Source: an uncultured Anaerolineaceae bacterium (lineage in GTDB: Bacteria > Chloroflexota > Anaerolineae > Anaerolineales > UBA4823). From it: a DNA stretch of 64,000 nt. Below the pieces are notes generated by a model. It was not told the origin of the DNA. It searched no databases and worked only from the letters and a program-made list of their open reading frames with translations. Shown piece after piece: positions 59,821 through 64,000 of this stretch (positions within the stretch are counted from its first letter, which is position 1; every line of letters starts with the position of its first letter). The translations under genes and the position numbers were made by a program. Location of the stretch: positions 653 to 64,652 of the forward strand of contig CAYLPS010000009.1 in the NCBI GenBank assembly GCA_964385625.1, read 5' to 3'.

Positions 59821-60459
59821 TCATGCCAGGAACGTGCGCATCTTGCGGATCTTCCTCACCGCCTCATCCGGCAGCACGGGTGGTTCCACTCCCATCTGGC
59901 GGCAGGTGAGCAGCTTCTGCGCCGTCGCCTCGATGATCTCGCTGATGTCTGCCGCCCTGCGCAGGCTGCTCGCTGCCGCTACCAGCCCGTGGTTTTGCAT
60001 GATTACCGCCGCTCCCTGGCCCATGGCTCTTGCCACTGCTTTGGCAAGTGCCTCCGTCCCTGGCATGATGAAGGGCACGATGGGAATGTTCCCCAGGTAG
60101 GCCGCCTCGAGGCTGATGGGCAGGAAAGGCGTGCCAGTGAGCGCCATCAGGGTGGCCTGTGGGGCATGCGTGTGCACCACGGCCTGGATGTCGGGCCGCA
60201 TTTGATATATGGCGCAGTGCACCTTGTACTCGCTGGACGCCTGGTATTCTGTGCTGACCGTGCAGTTTCCCTGCATGTCGATGCGCACCAGCATTCCGGC
60301 ATGCAAATCTCCCTTGAAGGTGCCCGCCGGGGTGACCCATATTTCCTGCGGGTCATCTTCGCACCGGGCGCTGATGTTCCCTCCGGTGGATGTGAGCAGG
60401 CCTTGCTGGTAAAGCTCCTGCGCCACCTGGACGATTTCCTGGTGAATTTCTCTTGTCAT
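59821..60459 (-). CDS. Class II aldolase/adducin family protein
   Basis: GGNISAR, TPAG, SSEYKVH, VVHTHA, QNHG; ATG 60459 with GAGG RBS. Confidence 0.9.
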   Translation of the reverse strand: MTREIHQEIVQVAQELYQQGLLTSTGGNISARCEDDPQEIWVTPAGTFKGDLHAGMLVRIDMQGNCTVSTEYQASSEYKVHCAIYQMRPDIQAVVHTHAPQATLMALTGTPFLPISLEAAYLGNIPIVPFIMPGTEALAKAVARAMGQGAAVIMQNHGLVAAASSLRRAADISEIIEATAQKLLTCRQMGVEPPVLPDEAVRKIRKMRTFLA

Positions 60460-60469
60460 TGCATACCTC

Positions 60470-61243
60470 TCACTTTGCCACCCAGCCGCAATCCACCAGC
60501 CAGTCACTTCCGGTGACGAAAGACGCTCCTTCGCTGGCCAGGAAATAGATTGGTTCGGCGATCTCCATTGGGTCGGCCCAGCGTTTGAACGCCTGCTCAG
60601 CCTCGCGCTCGCGCTTGACCTGCTCAAATGGCAAACCAGTGCGAGTGGACTCCAGCTGGATGTCATCCCGCAGCATGGGGGTATCCACGCTGCCCGGGCT
60701 GATGGAGTTGACCCGGATGTTGTATGGTGCCAGCTCCCATGCCAGGGCGCGCGTCATGGCGATGATGGCGCCCTTGGTAGCCCCGTACATCACATGTTCG
60801 GTCTGCCCTACGTGCCCCGAGACGGATCCCATGTTGATGATCACCCCGCTCTTCTGCTGCTTCATGTAAGGCAGCACGTATTTGCACAGCAGGAAATGCC
60901 CTCCCAGGTTGACCTGCGTGGTGCGCTGGAATTCCTCCCAGGTGATCTCGTCGAACGGCTTCACCAGCACCACCCCGGCATTGTTCACCAGCACATCGAT
61001 GCGCCCGTATTCGTCCCCCACGATCCTCACGCATTCCTTCACCTGCTTCTCGTCTGCCACGTCGCACTGCAGGAATCGGCCTTCACCCCCTTGCCGGTTG
61101 ATCTCATCAGCCACTTTCTCACCCTCGGGCAAAATATCCAGCCCGGCGGCTGCGTAACCGTGTTGTGCAAATACCTTTAGTGTGGCCGCCCCTATGCCGC
61201 GCGCGCTGCCGGTGACGATGGCAACTTTTTTATCCGCCTTCAT
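60470..61243 (-). CDS. SDR oxidoreductase
   Basis: [23 protein letters not shown]. Confidence 0.93.
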   Translation of the reverse strand: MKADKKVAIVTGSARGIGAATLKVFAQHGYAAAGLDILPEGEKVADEINRQGGEGRFLQCDVADEKQVKECVRIVGDEYGRIDVLVNNAGVVLVKPFDEITWEEFQRTTQVNLGGHFLLCKYVLPYMKQQKSGVIINMGSVSGHVGQTEHVMYGATKGAIIAMTRALAWELAPYNIRVNSISPGSVDTPMLRDDIQLESTRTGLPFEQVKREREAEQAFKRWADPMEIAEPIYFLASEGASFVTGSDWLVDCGWVAK

Positions 61244-62033
61244 TCTGGTCTCCTTCTATGCCTGTCATTTGGCGAGCCTGCTCCAGCGTTGCCAGCGTTC
61301 TACCGAGCACCCTGGCGATCTCCGCCGTCTCTTTCACCAGCTCGTGGGTGCTGGCCACTTCTCCAGCCCGGTTGAAAGGGTTATCTTCCGTACCCACCCT
61401 CACGTGATCTCCTGAGAGTATCGCTGCGGTGATGATCTCGCGCTGGCCCTCCCCCATGATGCTCACGTTGCAAACACAATCCTCCGGCATCAACTTGCGC
61501 CGGTAGCGATATTCCTCTAAAGTGGCGGGCGACCAGGTGCCCCCCGGCCAGCCGAAGAACAGCGTGGTCACGTAAGGCGGTTTGACCAGCCCCATGTCAA
61601 TCAGGTACTTCAGGTTCCACACCGAGCCGGCGTGCCACACCTCGAATTCGGGAACCACCCCGTATTCCCTGTCCAGGCGTGCGTACTCCTCCAGCTCCTG
61701 CCGCGAGTGCAGCACCAGGCATTCCGTCTGCGCAAAGGCTTCATCGTGGTGGTTCAGGATGATCGAGAGCATATCTGGACGATTTTGGTAGGCCTCCATT
61801 CGCTCGGGAATGGGCAGGCTCGACATGCCGCATTGGATGATCATGGGCGTTTCCTTGCGCACCGCCTGGATGGTTTCTGCCCACTTACCTTCTCCGTGCG
61901 TGTGCAGGATGGTGGCCCCGTTCTCGTAACACAGCCTTCCTTCCGTGGCAATATCCTGGGGGGTTTGCGGGGTATTCACCTCTGGGTGCAGCCAGCTGAT
62001 GTTGGGTGTGGCGGTGATGATTAATGGTTGCAT
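61230..62033 (-). CDS. Beta-keto acid cleavage enzyme (BKACE/DUF849)
   Basis: PLIITAT, GATILHTH, PEFE, HVRVGTEDN. Confidence 0.88.
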   Translation of the reverse strand: MQPLIITATPNISWLHPEVNTPQTPQDIATEGRLCYENGATILHTHGEGKWAETIQAVRKETPMIIQCGMSSLPIPERMEAYQNRPDMLSIILNHHDEAFAQTECLVLHSRQELEEYARLDREYGVVPEFEVWHAGSVWNLKYLIDMGLVKPPYVTTLFFGWPGGTWSPATLEEYRYRRKLMPEDCVCNVSIMGEGQREIITAAILSGDHVRVGTEDNPFNRAGEVASTHELVKETAEIARVLGRTLATLEQARQMTGIEGDQNEGG

Positions 62034-62218
62034 GGTTTTCCTCCATGATCGATGCAGGAATTATAGTATGAATAGGGCCGCTGCTGGCGCGCCATTGTAA
62101 TCAACTTTCCTTTATGTTATAGTTTACGCGAAGCTCGGTCTGCATTTCAGGTGCAGTGAGCGTTTTCGTGCCTCCTGCGTCCATCGTCGATGTCTTTGCA
62201 TCAAGAAAGGAATTCCTT

Positions 62219-63241
62219 ATGCCGCGCACGCTTGGTGTGGGATTGATTGGCCTAGGTTCGATTTCATTTGCCCATGAAGCCGGTTACTGTGAGCTGGGGG
62301 AGGCCTGCCGCATCGTTTCCATGTGTGATATCAACGAAGAGGTAGTCAACAGCCGTATTGCCTCCTACGAAGGTTGCCAGGGCTACACCCGCTACCGGGA
62401 TTTGCTGGCCAACCCGGCCGTCGACCTGGTGGATATCACCACGCCGCACGAGCTGCATTACCCCATCGCCAAAGCTGCTCTTGAGCATGGCAAGCACGTG
62501 CTGGTGGAAAAGCCCATCACCGTCGAGTCAGTGCAGGGCGCCGAGTTGATCGAGCTGGCCTCGCGTAAGGGTCTCAAGTTTACCGTGGCCGAGAATACCC
62601 GCTTCGTCACCGCCTACCAGAAAGCCGAGCAGCTCTTGCAGCAGGGCACGCTGGGTAAAATCCTCATTGTGCGTTCCCTGATTGCCGGCAGTGAGGTCTA
62701 TCGCATCAAGGATCCCAACCTTTGGCACGGTAAGGCGCCTTATGGGGGGGTGATCCTCGATTCGGCCGTGCACAATTTCTACTTGTACAGGTGGCTGTTC
62801 GGCGGCGTGCGCCAGGTGCTGGGTTTCGCCTCCAAACTGGTGCCGCAGGGCCAGGTGGAAGATAATGGCCTGGTGCTGGGCCAGCTGGCCAATGGCGCTG
62901 AATTCCAGCTGAACACCTCCTGCACCTTCGAAATCCCCTGGACTGAGCGGCTGGAGATCTACGGTGATAAGGGCGGTCTCATCATCGACCAGATCGCCAA
63001 CCCGGTGGCCAAATATTACCTGGGTTCCGATGATTTCGAAGGGGTCACCCTCGAAGGTGTGCCTTTCGACCCGCTGGGGTGGAAGTTCGTCTCCATGATC
63101 GACGAGGTGCGCGATTTCGTCGCCGCCGTGGCAGACGACCGCCCTCCGCTCATCGATACTCTCGATGCCCTATATTCCCTGCGCGCCGTGGAGGCAGTGC
63201 TTAAATCCATCCAGGCTGGCGCACCCGTCTTGGTGGAATGA
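62219..63241 (+). CDS. Gfo/Idh/MocA oxidoreductase
   Basis: GLGSIS, TPHELH, KHVLVEKP, GGVILDSAVH. Confidence 0.92.
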   Translation: MPRTLGVGLIGLGSISFAHEAGYCELGEACRIVSMCDINEEVVNSRIASYEGCQGYTRYRDLLANPAVDLVDITTPHELHYPIAKAALEHGKHVLVEKPITVESVQGAELIELASRKGLKFTVAENTRFVTAYQKAEQLLQQGTLGKILIVRSLIAGSEVYRIKDPNLWHGKAPYGGVILDSAVHNFYLYRWLFGGVRQVLGFASKLVPQGQVEDNGLVLGQLANGAEFQLNTSCTFEIPWTERLEIYGDKGGLIIDQIANPVAKYYLGSDDFEGVTLEGVPFDPLGWKFVSMIDEVRDFVAAVADDRPPLIDTLDALYSLRAVEAVLKSIQAGAPVLVE

Positions 63242-63292
63242 TGGCTGCTCCACTTTTAATTCCATTCATTCCGTTCGACCTAAAGGATCCCT

Positions 63293-64000
63293 ATGACTGA
63301 CACCCCACCCCCCTCCTTCAAACCTATCGGCCTCGAGCGTTCCAGGCTCATCTCCTTGATGCAAGAGCAGAACCTCGATGGCCTCTTGCTCTCCTCTCCC
63401 GAGAACGTGTTCTACACCACCGGTTATCCCACCCTGCCCTCCAGTGGCAACCCCATCGTGTACGCCCTGCGCAACCAGCTGCCCTATTATGCCTTCATCG
63501 GTAGCGATGGGCAGGTGTTGCTCTTATGCTGGGGCGGAGCGGCCATGGGTATCGATTATGGCGCCGATGATGTGCGCATGTCCTTTACCCACCAGATGTC
63601 CCTGGATGACCTGGCTGCCCTGTTGGACGAAAAGCTTCACCCCGGCTGCAGCGTGGGGGTTGAGTCGACCTTCCCCTACCAGGCGCTCCAGTTGCTTCAG
63701 CAACATGCCCGGCCCGCTCAAATCATCCTTGTAGATGACCTGCTGCTCCAGCTGCGCCTGGTCAAATCACCCGCTGAGGTGGAGTGCATCCGCAAGAGCA
63801 CCCGTATTGTCGATCAGACCGTGCTGGAGCTCGCCCATAACCTGCGCCTGGGGATGAGCCGCTTGGACCTGCTCCACGAGGCCCGCTGGCGTATGCTTAA
63901 AAATGGCGCTCACGGTATCGACCACCTCACCATCGCTTTCGGCGCTGCCAACCCCGAGGTGGCTCTGGGTGAGCCCCTGGAAGCCAACCAGATTGTCACC
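63293..64000 (+). CDS. M24 (Xaa-Pro peptidase/creatinase-like) protein, running off the window end
   Basis: Read manually: MTDTPPPSF...LDGLLLSSPENVFYTTGY...LRLVKSPAEVECIRK; open to 64000 and not in the ORF track. Confidence 0.85.
   Translation, partial: MTDTPPPSFKPIGLERSRLISLMQEQNLDGLLLSSPENVFYTTGYPTLPSSGNPIVYALRNQLPYYAFIGSDGQVLLLCWGGAAMGIDYGADDVRMSFTHQMSLDDLAALLDEKLHPGCSVGVESTFPYQALQLLQQHARPAQIILVDDLLLQLRLVKSPAEVECIRKSTRIVDQTVLELAHNLRLGMSRLDLLHEARWRMLKNGAHGIDHLTIAFGAANPEVALGEPLEANQIVT

Noticed and set aside
1-64000. CRISPR arrays, rRNA, transposases, integrases and defence systems
   Set aside because: None recognised by eye in this window.

Overview
Bacterial chromosomal window, most likely Chloroflexota/Anaerolineae (inferred from Pro/Thr-rich lipoprotein linkers, a C-terminal YLPLVRR tag and gene content). 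It appears to span the replication origin: parS sites at 1460 and 1509, and a DnaA-box cluster with DnaA-trios and an AT-rich unwinding element at ~17280-17630, with no dnaA gene in the window. Housekeeping genes include rdgB, a RpoD-type sigma factor, metG, mutS2, ychF, pepF, ssb, guaA, xpt, maf, a PBP, glmU, cdd, tRNA-Leu(CAA) and tRNA-Gln(TTG). There are also peptide and nucleoside ABC transporter operons, the probable edge of a mobile element that truncates an SPFH gene, an M3 peptidase pseudogene and a BKACE catabolic cluster. The most notable observation is an unannotated Met-rich leader peptide with a terminator and antiterminator upstream of metG, a candidate methionine-sensing ribosome-mediated attenuator. 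All calls were made by eye, without database searches.
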